DNA from: a virus
Taxonomy: Duplodnaviria > Caudoviricetes
DNA: 60,387 nucleotides
Strand: one strand, 5' to 3'
Virus record (IMG/VR): IMGVR_UViG_3300050014_001170
Coordinates: 1 to 60,387 of that record
The translations under genes were made by a program, and so were the position numbers. The notes beneath the pieces are model-generated. The model was not told where the DNA came from and ran no database searches. It saw only the letters and a list, made by a program, of their open reading frames with translations. Shown here in pieces: positions 39,510-49,495 of this stretch (position 1 is its first letter; the number at the start of each line of letters is the position of its first letter).

Positions 39510-40682
39510 ATGATTAATGCAATATTTGACCTTAGCAATATGTTTTTTAGATCTCTCTTTATTGTAGGGGGATATGGATCTAAACAATACTCTTTTGATA
39601 ATCAAACTGAACTGGATCAATTGATGCGAAAAGTTGCTACTGATGTATCACAAGTAATTCGTATAATAAATCCTTCAAGAGTTATATTTGCTCTTGATTC
39701 TAAATCATGGAGAAAAGATATTTCTATTGATGAGAATGAAGGATATAAGGCTCAGCGTACAAAATCAGGTCTCATTAATTGGGATAACGTTTTTAAGATT
39801 CTTGGGGAATTTGCTGATATTCTTGAAACAAATGGTTTTATTATTTCAAAATTTGATAGAGCTGAGGCTGATGATATTGCAGCTTTATGGAAACAAGAAC
39901 TTCTTTTTAATCAGAATCAGCATGTTATTATAGTATCCGCAGATGAGGATGTAAGACAACTTGTTCAGTTTTATCCTTATACCCCTGAAAAATTTGCATT
40001 TTGTACAGTATTTAATCCATTTTTGCAAGGTAAAAATGCTTTCAAGAAACTTTATGTTCCCGAAAAATATTGGGATGAGTGGATTTTAGATGCTGATCCA
40101 GGTGATTTTTTCAACAGAGGAATTGATGTTGATAAAGAGGATTTCAAAAGAATCCTTAATGAGCCAAAAACAAAACTTGAAAAAATAAACGGAGAAAGAA
40201 TAGTTCTTCGAAAAATATTTTGCGGTGATGATGGCGATAATGTTCCTGCCATTTATACTTGGTTAAATGATAAAGGAAAAGAAGTAAGAATTACTGAATC
40301 TAAATTTGAAAAAATCATGGATTCTCTTGGAGAAAAAACTGATGCTTACGATCTTATGGACCAAAAAGAAATTATTTATGATCAACTTGCAAATATTTCG
40401 GGTCAACGTCCTTCATTTAATATGGCTGATCGGTTGAATCGTCAGCTTCAATTAGTTCATTTAGATCCTCTTATTTTTCCCGAAGAGTTTGTAAAAGTTT
40501 TTCAGGATAAAGTTACAGAAGAACTTGCCAAACCTCAGGTTCATCCTCAAAATTGGAATATGGTTTCAGTGCTTGAAGGAACTAGATATGTTATGGGTAA
40601 TGGAAAATACAAAAAACCTACAACAGAGGCTTCTATTTTTGGAGAAATAGATCGGATAAATCTTAATAAAGCACTTTTTTGA
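39510..40682 (+). CDS. 5'-3' exonuclease/T4 RNase H-like FEN nuclease
   Basis: D.SN, SWRK, YKAQR, EADD, SADED and GDDGDNVP motifs. Confidence 0.85.
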   Translation: MINAIFDLSNMFFRSLFIVGGYGSKQYSFDNQTELDQLMRKVATDVSQVIRIINPSRVIFALDSKSWRKDISIDENEGYKAQRTKSGLINWDNVFKILGEFADILETNGFIISKFDRAEADDIAALWKQELLFNQNQHVIIVSADEDVRQLVQFYPYTPEKFAFCTVFNPFLQGKNAFKKLYVPEKYWDEWILDADPGDFFNRGIDVDKEDFKRILNEPKTKLEKINGERIVLRKIFCGDDGDNVPAIYTWLNDKGKEVRITESKFEKIMDSLGEKTDAYDLMDQKEIIYDQLANISGQRPSFNMADRLNRQLQLVHLDPLIFPEEFVKVFQDKVTEELAKPQVHPQNWNMVSVLEGTRYVMGNGKYKKPTTEASIFGEIDRINLNKALF

Positions 40683-41146
40683 TGGACTCAACATATTCTA
40701 AAATGTGGAAAAAAGCCATAGGCAATTTTAGCATTCTAGAATTCGAACAAAGAATAAATGAAGAATTACCAAATCAACAAAAAATACAAAATAATATGAA
40801 ATACAAAATTTTTAATGTGAAAGATCTTTTATCTGAAATCCAATATGAAGGAGTTCGAAAAGGAACAAAAACAGAAGCATATTTGGAAAATGTTATTGAA
40901 ACTATTAATAAAACAGGAAAATATGTCTGGATTCAGTTTTTTCAACTTGTGGATGTATTCTATGTTGCGGTTCAGGTTTTGCCAACAACAGTAAAGAATG
41001 CTCAGGATGAAATTCGGGATCATTATGCAAATGCTGATGTTCGGGAAACTCAGCCTCAGACAATAAAAGGAACTTTATCCGGAGACAAAACACTGAAATC
41101 AGCTGACCCAGTTTCCTTAAAAACTTCTTTCCCCTGGAAACAATAA
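40679..41146 (+). CDS. Hypothetical protein
   Basis: ORF in the plus-strand run; start uncertain. Confidence 0.5.
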   Translation: MMDSTYSKMWKKAIGNFSILEFEQRINEELPNQQKIQNNMKYKIFNVKDLLSEIQYEGVRKGTKTEAYLENVIETINKTGKYVWIQFFQLVDVFYVAVQVLPTTVKNAQDEIRDHYANADVRETQPQTIKGTLSGDKTLKSADPVSLKTSFPWKQ

Positions 41147-41184
41147 GTTCGTAATTAATCTACATTATTATAAACAAAAAACAA

Positions 41185-41739
41185 ATGGAAAAAATTCATC
41201 TCGTTTATCTTGCATTTCTTGGTATTGGAACTTTAGGATTACTAATGTCCCTTATACTCGGAGAATTCAGCCATGATGGTGTTGATTTTCATCACGATTT
41301 AGGTGGAATGGACCATGATGGGGATAGTGGGCAAGCTGATAGTCCTCGATTATTTTCTGTGAGAGCTATATTCGCTTTTCTCATGGCCTTTGGCATTGGA
41401 GGGGGAGCTATGTTTTTAACTGGAAATTCTATAGTTACTCAGATAATTGTTGGATTTCTTGCCGGAGCATTAACTGCTGTTCTAGTTTATTATATTATGA
41501 AATTTCTTTATTCTCAGCAAGGAAATGGTAATATAAATTCAGAGAGTTTTATAGGTAAATTAGCTGAAGTAACTGTGGAAACTACAAATAATGGGTCATG
41601 CCAGATAAAAGTAGATTCTGGGGGAGGAGATCAGCTTTTTATAGCTAAAGAAAAGAATTCTAAATCGGTCAAACAACATGAAAGTGTAAAAATTGTTGGC
41701 CGTATTGGAACTACGCTTATAATTGAAAAACAGTATTAA
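41185..41739 (+). CDS. NfeD-like (YuaF/YqiJ-type) flotillin partner
   Basis: TM segment, His/Asp-rich loop, two more TM segments and a C-terminal OB-fold-like part; lies directly upstream of flotillin. Confidence 0.8.
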   Translation: MEKIHLVYLAFLGIGTLGLLMSLILGEFSHDGVDFHHDLGGMDHDGDSGQADSPRLFSVRAIFAFLMAFGIGGGAMFLTGNSIVTQIIVGFLAGALTAVLVYYIMKFLYSQQGNGNINSESFIGKLAEVTVETTNNGSCQIKVDSGGGDQLFIAKEKNSKSVKQHESVKIVGRIGTTLIIEKQY

Positions 41740-41761
41740 TAATTAAAACAAACAAACAAAA

Positions 41762-43315
41762 ATGCAAAGTTATCTTATTTTAGGTGGAATTGTTCTTGGT
41801 GCGATTATTTTATTCGCTTCCCTATTGGCATTTGTCAATAAAAATTATATTCGAATCCCGCCCAACATGGCAGCTGTTATTTTTGGTCGTAAAAGGGTGA
41901 CCAAAGCAGCTGATGGAGCTAAAATTGAGAAAGGCTACAGATTAGTAGCTGGTGGTGGATTTTTCAAAATTCCTATTTTGGAAGAAGTTGAATTCATGAA
42001 CCTCTCAAACCGTACTCTTAATATTGAAGTCAAGGATGCTCCTAATAAAGATGGGGTTATGACAACAGTAGAAGGAGTAGCAAACGTCAAATTTGCTTCA
42101 GAAATAAATCTTCTTCAGGTAGCTGTAGAAAGATTTCTTGGCAAAAGCGATGATGATATTAATCAAAATATTCTTCAGAACCTTGAAGGTCACTTAAGAG
42201 CAGTGGTTGGAAGAATGTCAATGGAATCCCTTATTGGAGACAAAACTGAGTTAAACAAAGCAGTTCTTGAGGAAGCTAATGATGATTTTAACAAGATGGG
42301 TATAAATATAGACTTCCTTAATATTCAAAATATCAAGGATAGTGTTGATTATATCAAAAATCTTGGACGTAAAAGAGCAGCTCAAATAAAAAGGGATGCA
42401 GATATTGGTACTGCAGAAGCTGAAAGAGATTCACTTCAGAAAACAACTGATGCTAAAAGAGCAGGTATCGAACAGGCAAACATAAATGATCAGAAAATCT
42501 TTGAATCCAATAATTCTCGTGATGTAAAGAAAGCTGAAATGAAAGCTCTTACGGATACTCAAATTGAAATTGCAAATCAGGCAGGACCTCTTTCCCAGGC
42601 TAAAGCCCTCAAAGCAGTTGTTACAGCTCAGGCTGAAACAGAAACTGCACAGGAGGTTGCTCAAACTAAGGTTCAGGAGGCTCGTGCTCTTAAAATGGAA
42701 CAATCATATCAAGCTGATAAAATCGTTCCTGCAGAAGCTGATAAAAAATCTCGTATTATAACTGCTGAAGGAGCTCAACAATCAGTAATTATTGCAGCAG
42801 ATGGAGATAAACAAGCTACTATTAAGAAAGCAGAAGGGGAAGCTGAACGTATTCGTCTTACAAAGATAGCAGAAGCCGATGGTGAAGCTGCTAAAATTGT
42901 GAAAATGGGAGAGGCAGAAGGAAAAGCAATTTATGCTAAACTTTCTGGGGAAGCTAAAGGTATCAAGGAAAAAGCTGAGGCTTATGCTAAACTTGATCAG
43001 ACTGGTAAATTCCTCCAGGTACTTGAAGCATTACAGACTCTTGGTCCTAATGTTATTAAAGCATTCGCAGACGTTATGTCCGCTTCAACAGCACATCTTG
43101 CAAACATACAAGAAGTTAAAATTATCGATTTTGGCCGTGGGGGAAAAGATGGTTCAAGTGTGGGTAATTTCGGTGCAATTCCAGTAGAGGTTCTTACCAA
43201 ATTGGTTGAAGGACTTAAAGGAACAGGTTTCGATTTAACTAAACTTCTCAATTCCGTAGGGATTAAACCTGAAGATTTGGCTAAAGTAGTTACACAAGAA
43301 TCTAAAAAAGAATAA
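41762..43315 (+). CDS. Flotillin/SPFH domain protein
   Basis: N-terminal TM, GGG..IPI.E, LEGHLR, Ala/Glu-rich coiled coil and KAEAY motif. Confidence 0.9.
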   Translation: MQSYLILGGIVLGAIILFASLLAFVNKNYIRIPPNMAAVIFGRKRVTKAADGAKIEKGYRLVAGGGFFKIPILEEVEFMNLSNRTLNIEVKDAPNKDGVMTTVEGVANVKFASEINLLQVAVERFLGKSDDDINQNILQNLEGHLRAVVGRMSMESLIGDKTELNKAVLEEANDDFNKMGINIDFLNIQNIKDSVDYIKNLGRKRAAQIKRDADIGTAEAERDSLQKTTDAKRAGIEQANINDQKIFESNNSRDVKKAEMKALTDTQIEIANQAGPLSQAKALKAVVTAQAETETAQEVAQTKVQEARALKMEQSYQADKIVPAEADKKSRIITAEGAQQSVIIAADGDKQATIKKAEGEAERIRLTKIAEADGEAAKIVKMGEAEGKAIYAKLSGEAKGIKEKAEAYAKLDQTGKFLQVLEALQTLGPNVIKAFADVMSASTAHLANIQEVKIIDFGRGGKDGSSVGNFGAIPVEVLTKLVEGLKGTGFDLTKLLNSVGIKPEDLAKVVTQESKKE

Positions 43316-43332
43316 CAATTTTTGAAGTTTTG

Positions 43333-43375
43333 AAGGCTTCGGAGAACTGAAACATCTAAGTACCCGGGGCCTTTT
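43333..43375 (+). other. Hairpin carrying a 23S rRNA-like sequence
   Basis: The stem aaggcttcgg/ccggggcctt encloses GAACTGAAACATCTAAGTACCC. Confidence 0.6.
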
Positions 43376-43448
43376 AAAACTTTTTTAAATGTATTAGTAC
43401 AATTAATATTGAAGAATGGCTATTAATTTTCTGAGTGTATAAAATAAA

Positions 43449-44186
43449 ATGGTAATTTATAAAACAGCCAATTTAATAAATGGAAAATATTATATCGGAA
43501 AAGATTCTAAAAATTATCTAAATTACTTAGGCTCCGGAATTGCCATTAAAAAAGCTATAAAAAAATACGGCAAAGAAAATTTTACTAAAGAGATATTATG
43601 TTTTTGTAAATCTTTAGAAGAACTAGCAGATAAGGAAAAAGAATATATCACAACAGAAATTATAAATGATCCGAGTTCATATAATATGATATTAGGAGGA
43701 ATTGGTGGATCTGTTAAAGGTAGAAAAAATATTCTTAAAGGAAAAACATATGAAGAAATTTTTGGAAAAGAAAAAGCAGAGGAACTAAAAAAGATCAGAT
43801 CCACAGCATCAAAGGGTCAAAATAATGGAATGTATGGAAAACACTTAACTGCAGGATCCAAAAATGGAATGTATGGAAAACCTTCTCCAAATAGAAACAA
43901 AGAACTTTCTAAAAAGACAAAAGATAAAATTAAAAATAAATTTATAGATAAAAGTCTTATTGATCGCTTTGGGTTGGAAGAAGCTATTAATATCAAGAAA
44001 AGAATGTCTATTTCTCAGAAAAATAGAGATCGAAAATACTTAGTAGATCAAATAGATAATGAAGGAAAAAAAATTGGAGAATTTAAAACTATTGTGGAAG
44101 CTATAAAAAAACTTAATTTAAGCTCCAAAAAAGCTTATGCTAATTCATATAAAGAATTTAAATTTATAAAAAATGGGACCATTTGA
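43449..44186 (+). CDS. GIY-YIG homing endonuclease with NUMOD3-like repeats
   Basis: IYKTANLINGKYYIG...YLGSG...KYGKENFTKEIL; NGMYGK occurs twice. Confidence 0.85.
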   Translation: MVIYKTANLINGKYYIGKDSKNYLNYLGSGIAIKKAIKKYGKENFTKEILCFCKSLEELADKEKEYITTEIINDPSSYNMILGGIGGSVKGRKNILKGKTYEEIFGKEKAEELKKIRSTASKGQNNGMYGKHLTAGSKNGMYGKPSPNRNKELSKKTKDKIKNKFIDKSLIDRFGLEEAINIKKRMSISQKNRDRKYLVDQIDNEGKKIGEFKTIVEAIKKLNLSSKKAYANSYKEFKFIKNGTI

Positions 44187-44595
44187 ACTGTCTAAGATTA
44201 TTTTTGAATCTCCTGGAGAATATTCAGATTTAACAAAAGGAGATAAAAGATCCAATTTTTTTATTTTGCAGAGAAGATTCGCTATTAATTTTCCTATACA
44301 AGCTCAATTACTTCAACACATAAGAATTAATATGGAAGCTACCATTGATTGGTGGCAACGATATATCAGAAGTAAAAAATATCCGAAAACCCCGTTTTGG
44401 ATGTATATACCAGGGGTGAAAAAAAATCAGGAGAAAGAAGAGAAAAAAACCAAAATTACTTCTGAAATGATTTCTGAATTTTGCAGATTTTATCAAAAGG
44501 ATCCCAAACAAATTAAGGATGCTATAAAATTTTATCCTATGGAAATGCAAAAAGAGATGAATGATTTTCAAAAGATGATAAAAGAATTAAGATGA
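44173..44595 (+). CDS. Hypothetical protein, possibly a clamp loader small subunit (gp62-like)
   Basis: Size and the FILQRRF...W...FY...AIK pattern loosely resemble gp62-type proteins; a gp44-like gene is nearby. Confidence 0.35.
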   Translation: MGPFELSKIIFESPGEYSDLTKGDKRSNFFILQRRFAINFPIQAQLLQHIRINMEATIDWWQRYIRSKKYPKTPFWMYIPGVKKNQEKEEKKTKITSEMISEFCRFYQKDPKQIKDAIKFYPMEMQKEMNDFQKMIKELR

Positions 44596-44834
44596 GAGAA
44601 ATAGCTAAAACTAGAATGGTTTTATCAGCTTATGTAAAAGGTGGAATGAAATCCGTAGCTAAATATCTTTCAAATTCGGAATTAGAATTTCAGGAAGGGA
44701 CTTGGGTTTTTAAAGCTAAAAATCTTTTAGAAAATAAATGTCCTTTAAGTTTAGAACAAGAAATTAATTTAATGTTATATAAATTTATTTTAGATGATAA
44801 AATCAAAGAAGAGCCAAGAGGAGAAGATTCTTAA
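44592..44834 (+). CDS. Hypothetical protein
   Basis: Coupled ORF. Confidence 0.5.
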   Translation: MREIAKTRMVLSAYVKGGMKSVAKYLSNSELEFQEGTWVFKAKNLLENKCPLSLEQEINLMLYKFILDDKIKEEPRGEDS

Positions 44835-45309
44835 TTATACTTTAAGCAATCTAGAAATAAATGAGATTTGCCCGAATTTTATAGATGGAGTAATTATTTC
44901 TATTGAAGAAGGCAAAAGAAGATTGGATCTTCCTTCTTCTATGTCTTCAGATTTTTTTAGAAAATGGCTTGATGGAAGAGGAGGAGTTTTTTCTAAAGAC
45001 ATTGCTCATTTTCTAAAAGGAAAATCTCCTGCTAAATATATTCTTATGGAAGGAGAAGGAGAAAAAACAATTCTTCGATTAATAGAAGACGAAGAATTTT
45101 TAGATTTTGAAACTAAAAAATTAGTGGATGGCAAAGTAAAGGATAAAGCCTATATGAATCTTAGAAATATTAAAGAAGGGGAATCACTCACCACTTCTTC
45201 AAGATATATAGTAGAAATTCCAGAAATTATCGAAATAGAACTTCTAGATATACCTCATCAAGATGGTGAGGACAGTTTAGCCCAATCAGTACCACTGTTT
45301 TCAGACTAA
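44794..45309 (+). CDS. Hypothetical protein
   Basis: ORF in the plus-strand run. Confidence 0.55.
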   Translation: MIKSKKSQEEKILNYTLSNLEINEICPNFIDGVIISIEEGKRRLDLPSSMSSDFFRKWLDGRGGVFSKDIAHFLKGKSPAKYILMEGEGEKTILRLIEDEEFLDFETKKLVDGKVKDKAYMNLRNIKEGESLTTSSRYIVEIPEIIEIELLDIPHQDGEDSLAQSVPLFSD

Positions 45310-45396
45310 ACTTTAATTCCAATTAAAATAAATATTAACCCTTTAATGATAGGAAAGCTTTTGGTTATAAAAAGGGTTTTATGTTAAACTAAAACG

Positions 45397-46209
45397 ATGA
45401 TTATGAAACAATTAAAGAAACAAATTTACGAAAAGATTGAGACTACATCAATACCTCCTACGAATTTGCTTACTTTGAATAAATTTTCTCTAATAAAAAA
45501 ACTAGCAAAAGGACTATTGACATTAATCTTCTTAGCAATTTTAGGCCTGTTCACAACTGCTTTAATGGAAATTCCTACTAAAGCAAATACAAATGGGAAT
45601 AATCCAACTATAGAAAATATAAATTCACTTTATATTTCGAAAGTTAGAAATTACTCAGAAGAAAAACTAATTAAAGAGGTGGATATTTATTTAAAATCCA
45701 TCGCTCCTAAAGAAAAATTGAATCCAAAATTACTGGTCAAATTATGCGAGAAATATGAAATAGATTTATCCCTAGTTATTGCTCAAGGTATATTGGAATC
45801 TCAATTAGGGACAAAGGGTTTAGCGGTACAAACAAACTCTGTTTGGAATGTGGGATCTTTTGATAATGGGATGATTCATTATACTTATTCCAATCCCAAT
45901 GAATCAATAGAACCATATCTTAAATTAGTAAAAGAAAAATATCTAATTAAGATAACTGCTCGGGGGGATACTATTCATCGAGAAATAAGAAACTTAATAG
46001 CGGATAGGGGATTTATAAATCATGAAGGAAAAAGATATGCTACAAGTCCCTCTTATGAAAATAATCTTAGATATTGGATTCTTAGGGTTCAAATGGATTC
46101 TAAAATAAAATTATATCAGGATATTAAAATTCTTCCTGATGAAGATATATTAGGATTTTTTATTCCTCAAGGAGAACCAGGAGACAGTTTATTTCTGGCA
46201 AAATTATAA
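45397..46209 (+). CDS. Membrane-anchored glucosaminidase (GH73-like) peptidoglycan hydrolase
   Basis: N-terminal TM; IAQGILES..G...N.VWN...YATSPSY. Confidence 0.7.
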   Translation: MIMKQLKKQIYEKIETTSIPPTNLLTLNKFSLIKKLAKGLLTLIFLAILGLFTTALMEIPTKANTNGNNPTIENINSLYISKVRNYSEEKLIKEVDIYLKSIAPKEKLNPKLLVKLCEKYEIDLSLVIAQGILESQLGTKGLAVQTNSVWNVGSFDNGMIHYTYSNPNESIEPYLKLVKEKYLIKITARGDTIHREIRNLIADRGFINHEGKRYATSPSYENNLRYWILRVQMDSKIKLYQDIKILPDEDILGFFIPQGEPGDSLFLAKL

Positions 46210-46227
46210 TTATTTTTGATGTAGTCT

Positions 46228-46255
46228 AAAAAAACCCCAATCGGGGTTTTTTTTT
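46228..46255 (+). terminator. Intrinsic terminator (possibly bidirectional)
   Basis: A-run-cccc-aatc-gggg-T-run. Confidence 0.7.
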
Positions 46256-46284
46256 ATGAATAAATAGATAAATATTTTTTTATT

Positions 46285-47088
46285 ATGCTAATGACTAATT
46301 ATCAATTTACATTAAAAAGAAGTCCTATTGATCTTAGAGATTTAATGTTATGCTCTGTTTATTCAGCTGACATAAAACTTCCAACAACCTATGATCTTCG
46401 CCCAGAAATGCCTCCTATTAGGGATCAAGGAAATCAGGGTTCCTGTTCTGCTCAAACAGCTTCTGAAATGAAAGAATGGCAAGAAAGAGCCAATATGGGA
46501 TATGAAAAATATATGTCTCCTCAATTTATTTATAATTTGAGAGAAAATTATGAGGAAGAGGGAATGACCCCAAGGGATACAATGAAAATTCTTAATAAAA
46601 TTGGAGTTGTTTATGAAAAAAATTATACATATGGAAAAATAGAACGACTTGATCCCAGCAGTATGAGCCTTGAACTTTTAAATGAAGCTGCTAGGTATAT
46701 AATTTCAGGATATGCAAGAATTAATTCGGTTGAGGGATTAAAAAAAGCTTTATTTACTAATGGTCCTTGCTATATGGCATTTCCAGTTTATAATCCTGAA
46801 AAATGGGAATTCTGGAAACCTGATTATGCAGGGCAGAAAGCATTAGGAGGACATGCAGTTTCTGCTGTTGGTTGGTTGAAAAATAGTTTTATTATTCGTA
46901 ATCACTGGACTGATCAATGGGCAGATAATGGATATACCTATCTTAAATTTACCGATTGGGGTATGCAATGGGAAGCTTGGACAACTATTGATGCAGATTC
47001 TCTAGAAAATTTTAATAGAAAAGCAGTTGCAACCTATGATTTACCAGGATTTTTTGCTAAACTTTTTTATAAAAATTTACATAAATAA
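46285..47088 (+). CDS. Papain-like C1 cysteine peptidase
   Basis: DQGNQGSC, SPQFIY, GGHA, IRNHW and W..NGY motifs. Confidence 0.85.
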   Translation: MLMTNYQFTLKRSPIDLRDLMLCSVYSADIKLPTTYDLRPEMPPIRDQGNQGSCSAQTASEMKEWQERANMGYEKYMSPQFIYNLRENYEEEGMTPRDTMKILNKIGVVYEKNYTYGKIERLDPSSMSLELLNEAARYIISGYARINSVEGLKKALFTNGPCYMAFPVYNPEKWEFWKPDYAGQKALGGHAVSAVGWLKNSFIIRNHWTDQWADNGYTYLKFTDWGMQWEAWTTIDADSLENFNRKAVATYDLPGFFAKLFYKNLHK

Positions 47089-47138
47089 TTTTTTTATTTA
47101 GGGATTTTTTAGTATATTTATTCTATAAAGTTTAGAAT

Positions 47139-47402
47139 ATGAATAAATCATACATTGTCAAATATGAAGTACATTGCAAACTTCAAAATTTCTTTAACAA
47201 AGAAATAGTTATTAAAAATTGCATATCTGAAATGCATGCAAAAGCAAAATTGGATGATTTTTGCAAAAAGAAACATGGCATAGAATATCAATGTATTATT
47301 GTTCTTTCATGCAAAGAAAAATATGATTTGTGTGGGGTAGAAGATATTTTTGGTAAGGGATTTGCGGATATATTTGGAAAAAAATATGGGGGAAAGAAAT
47401 AA
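47139..47402 (+). CDS. Hypothetical protein
   Basis: ORF after a promoter-like motif. Confidence 0.55.
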   Translation: MNKSYIVKYEVHCKLQNFFNKEIVIKNCISEMHAKAKLDDFCKKKHGIEYQCIIVLSCKEKYDLCGVEDIFGKGFADIFGKKYGGKK

Positions 47403-47701
47403 TGGCACATGTATTTTTTCAGGAATTTGGAATAAATCCGGGGATAGATGAAAATCAAATCTCTCCAGGTCAAGCGAAATATTTAAAAAATTGTTTAGTT
47501 TTGGAAATAGCTAATAATTGGCCTTTTGTTCGATGGATGATGGATAGATTTCGCAACGAAGAGCTTAAGCAGGTGGATCCGCTTGAGGAGGCTTGGTTTA
47601 ATTTTATTTTTTCCAACCATATTGATATTGAAAAATATGAAAAGAATTCTGATCAATTTATTAATGAATATCTAGAAAAAACAAATGTTAGTTCCGATTA
47701 A
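47402..47701 (+). CDS. Hypothetical protein
   Basis: Coupled ORF. Confidence 0.55.
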   Translation: MAHVFFQEFGINPGIDENQISPGQAKYLKNCLVLEIANNWPFVRWMMDRFRNEELKQVDPLEEAWFNFIFSNHIDIEKYEKNSDQFINEYLEKTNVSSD

Positions 47702-47879
47702 AAAAGTATTTAGCATTATTGATTCATGTAAAACTACAGATCAATTAGAAGGATGCAAAAGATTAGCTTTATCTTATACCAAACTTATAGCTTCAAAAGG
47801 AGTAATAAATTCAGAATTAGTGGGAAAAATATTACAGATAATAATAAATGAAAAGCAAGAAAAATTAACAAAACTTTAA
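47685..47879 (+). CDS. Hypothetical protein
   Basis: Coupled ORF. Confidence 0.5.
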   Translation: MLVPIKKVFSIIDSCKTTDQLEGCKRLALSYTKLIASKGVINSELVGKILQIIINEKQEKLTKL

Positions 47880-47967
47880 CAAAAAGAAATTTATTATCTT
47901 AAATTTTTTTGTATATTTGATCTATAATATATAAATAACTAAAAATTAACTAAAAAAATTAAACTGA

Positions 47968-48270
47968 ATGAAAAAATTTGTATTTTGTATTTTGACAATA
48001 TTATTGTCATTAACATTTGTTCCCATTCAAGCAAGTGCTAGTCCTGCAAAACCAGCTACTGCTTTAACCACTGAAAAAACGGCTGAAATTAAAGCTATGG
48101 AATTGAGAATAGCTGAAATTAAAGCTATGGATAAAACAAAATTGAAAGCATCTGAAAAGAAAGATCTAAGAAAGGAAGCTAAGGTAATGAAAGAAAAAGT
48201 TCGAAGAGATTACACTTATGAATATAGTGCATTACTTCTTTTACTTCTTCTTTTGATTATTTGTTTATAA
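47968..48270 (+). CDS. Small secreted protein with a C-terminal hydrophobic tail (Bacteroidota-type)
   Basis: Signal peptide, R..EIKAMDK..L..SEKK.LRKE, and a poly-Leu tail. Confidence 0.65.
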   Translation: MKKFVFCILTILLSLTFVPIQASASPAKPATALTTEKTAEIKAMELRIAEIKAMDKTKLKASEKKDLRKEAKVMKEKVRRDYTYEYSALLLLLLLLIICL

Positions 48271-48428
48271 TATTTGTTGGGATTTTCGGAATTAGCGAGT
48301 AACCTCAGTAATTAAAATGTATGGGTGATGTTTTAAACATCACCCTTTATTTTTAAAACTTTAACGCTAAGTATCAAAACTTTTTGAATTATTGTGAGTA
48401 TATACTTTATAAATTTGATATAAATTAG

Positions 48429-48597
48429 ATGAGAAATTTTCTATCATATTGTCCGACTCTAAATTTAACCTTAACACAGGAGCAACTCCCATTGTGCGGA
48501 GTTTCCGAGAGGGTATGTCGATAATAATAGAAAGTTCTCATATTAGATAACTTCTTATAATTTCACCCTCCTCGGACAACCAAGGAGGGTTTTTTAT
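48429..48597 (+). promoter_or_regulatory. Putative leader peptide plus attenuator
   Basis: A 31-codon ORF (48429-48524); its tccgagagggt can pair with accctcctcgga in the terminator stem (48565-48590), which is followed by a T-run. Confidence 0.5.
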
Positions 48598-48678
48598 TTT
48601 AACGAATTTTTAACGAAATAAGTTTTTGTTCTTTGAGATTTTTTAGTATGTTTGCCATATAAATAAAATAAGGATTTA

Positions 48679-48861
48679 ATGGCAAAAAAAGATCATACAT
48701 TGTTAGAAGAAGTTGAACTAGTTGATCAGGCTCTTCGTGAAGCAGCTCCTTATGATTTGCAGTCAGAGGTAATAGCTTCAGCAATACAAGCAATTAGAGA
48801 AAATCCCGAATTGGATTTATCAACTGCTTTACAATATGGTCTTCAGGATTGGGATGTTTGA
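48679..48861 (+). CDS. Hypothetical protein
   Basis: Acidic 60-aa ORF after a TTAAC-box promoter. Confidence 0.6.
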   Translation: MAKKDHTLLEEVELVDQALREAAPYDLQSEVIASAIQAIRENPELDLSTALQYGLQDWDV

Positions 48862-48952
48862 TGTTTGATATGTTATGTAATCAAAAGTCCCGGGTCCTTA
48901 AAAAATTCGGGACTTTTTATGTCCCAGCGATCTTTGACATATTGGTTTTATT

Positions 48953-49024
48953 GGCGCTGATGCTCAATGGATGGGTACCGGTCTGCAAAACCGGATTAGA
49001 TGGGTTCGATTCCCACCGGCGCCT
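48953..49024 (+). tRNA. tRNA-Cys(GCA)
   Basis: Acceptor GGCGCTG/CGGCGCC; anticodon arm CCGGT-CTGCAAA-ACCGG; GTTCGATT. Confidence 0.9.
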
Positions 49025-49026
49025 CT

Positions 49027-49096
49027 AGGTTGTAGTAAGATAATGGGTTACTTCGCTTTGGTTGCAAAATTACACCCTGTTCAAATTTCTCAACTT
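49027..49096 (+). ncRNA. Y RNA (YrlA)-like ncRNA, copy 1 (short)
   Basis: Terminal stem aggttg/caactt with the shared motif GTAGTAAG..GGGTTACTTCG...ACACCC...TTTCTC. Confidence 0.6.
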
Positions 49097-49188
49097 AACT
49101 ATTAAAGGTAAGTAACGATGCTAAGGGAACCTTCAAATAATGTAGGATAAAAGTTAAAACCAGTATAGATCTGGATCCTACAAAAATT

Positions 49189-49268
49189 AAGCTGTAGTGA
49201 GTAAAGAGGTTACTTCGTGAGATTCCAAAACATCTAATAAAAGACACCTCTTTCAAATTTCTCAGTTT
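49189..49268 (+). ncRNA. Y RNA (YrlA)-like ncRNA, copy 2 (short)
   Basis: Terminal stem aagctg/cagttt with GTAGTGAG..GAGGTTACTTCG...ACACCTC...TTTCTC. Confidence 0.6.
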
Positions 49269-49272
49269 TAAT

Positions 49273-49346
49273 GCCGATGTAGCTCAGTTGGTCAGAGCAG
49301 CGCACTTGTAATGCGCAGGTCGGGGGTTCGAATCCCTTCATCGGCT
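49273..49346 (+). tRNA. tRNA-Thr(TGT)
   Basis: Canonical cloverleaf; anticodon arm GCGCA-CTTGTAA-TGCGC. Confidence 0.95.
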
Positions 49347-49495
49347 CAAAGTACATGAATTCCTTAAGTGGGGTTTTGGAGAAAAGTAATTACGTAATAT
49401 CTTCTCTCGGGTATATTGGCAGCTTGCGATAGCATCGCATTGAAAGAAAATGCAACTGTAGCCACGATCAGTTTTTCAACATGTATTTTAAAAAT

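Noticed and set aside
43344-43365. rRNA gene
   Set aside because: Only about 22 nt resemble 23S rRNA and the flanks are protein-coding; reported as a mimic or fragment instead.
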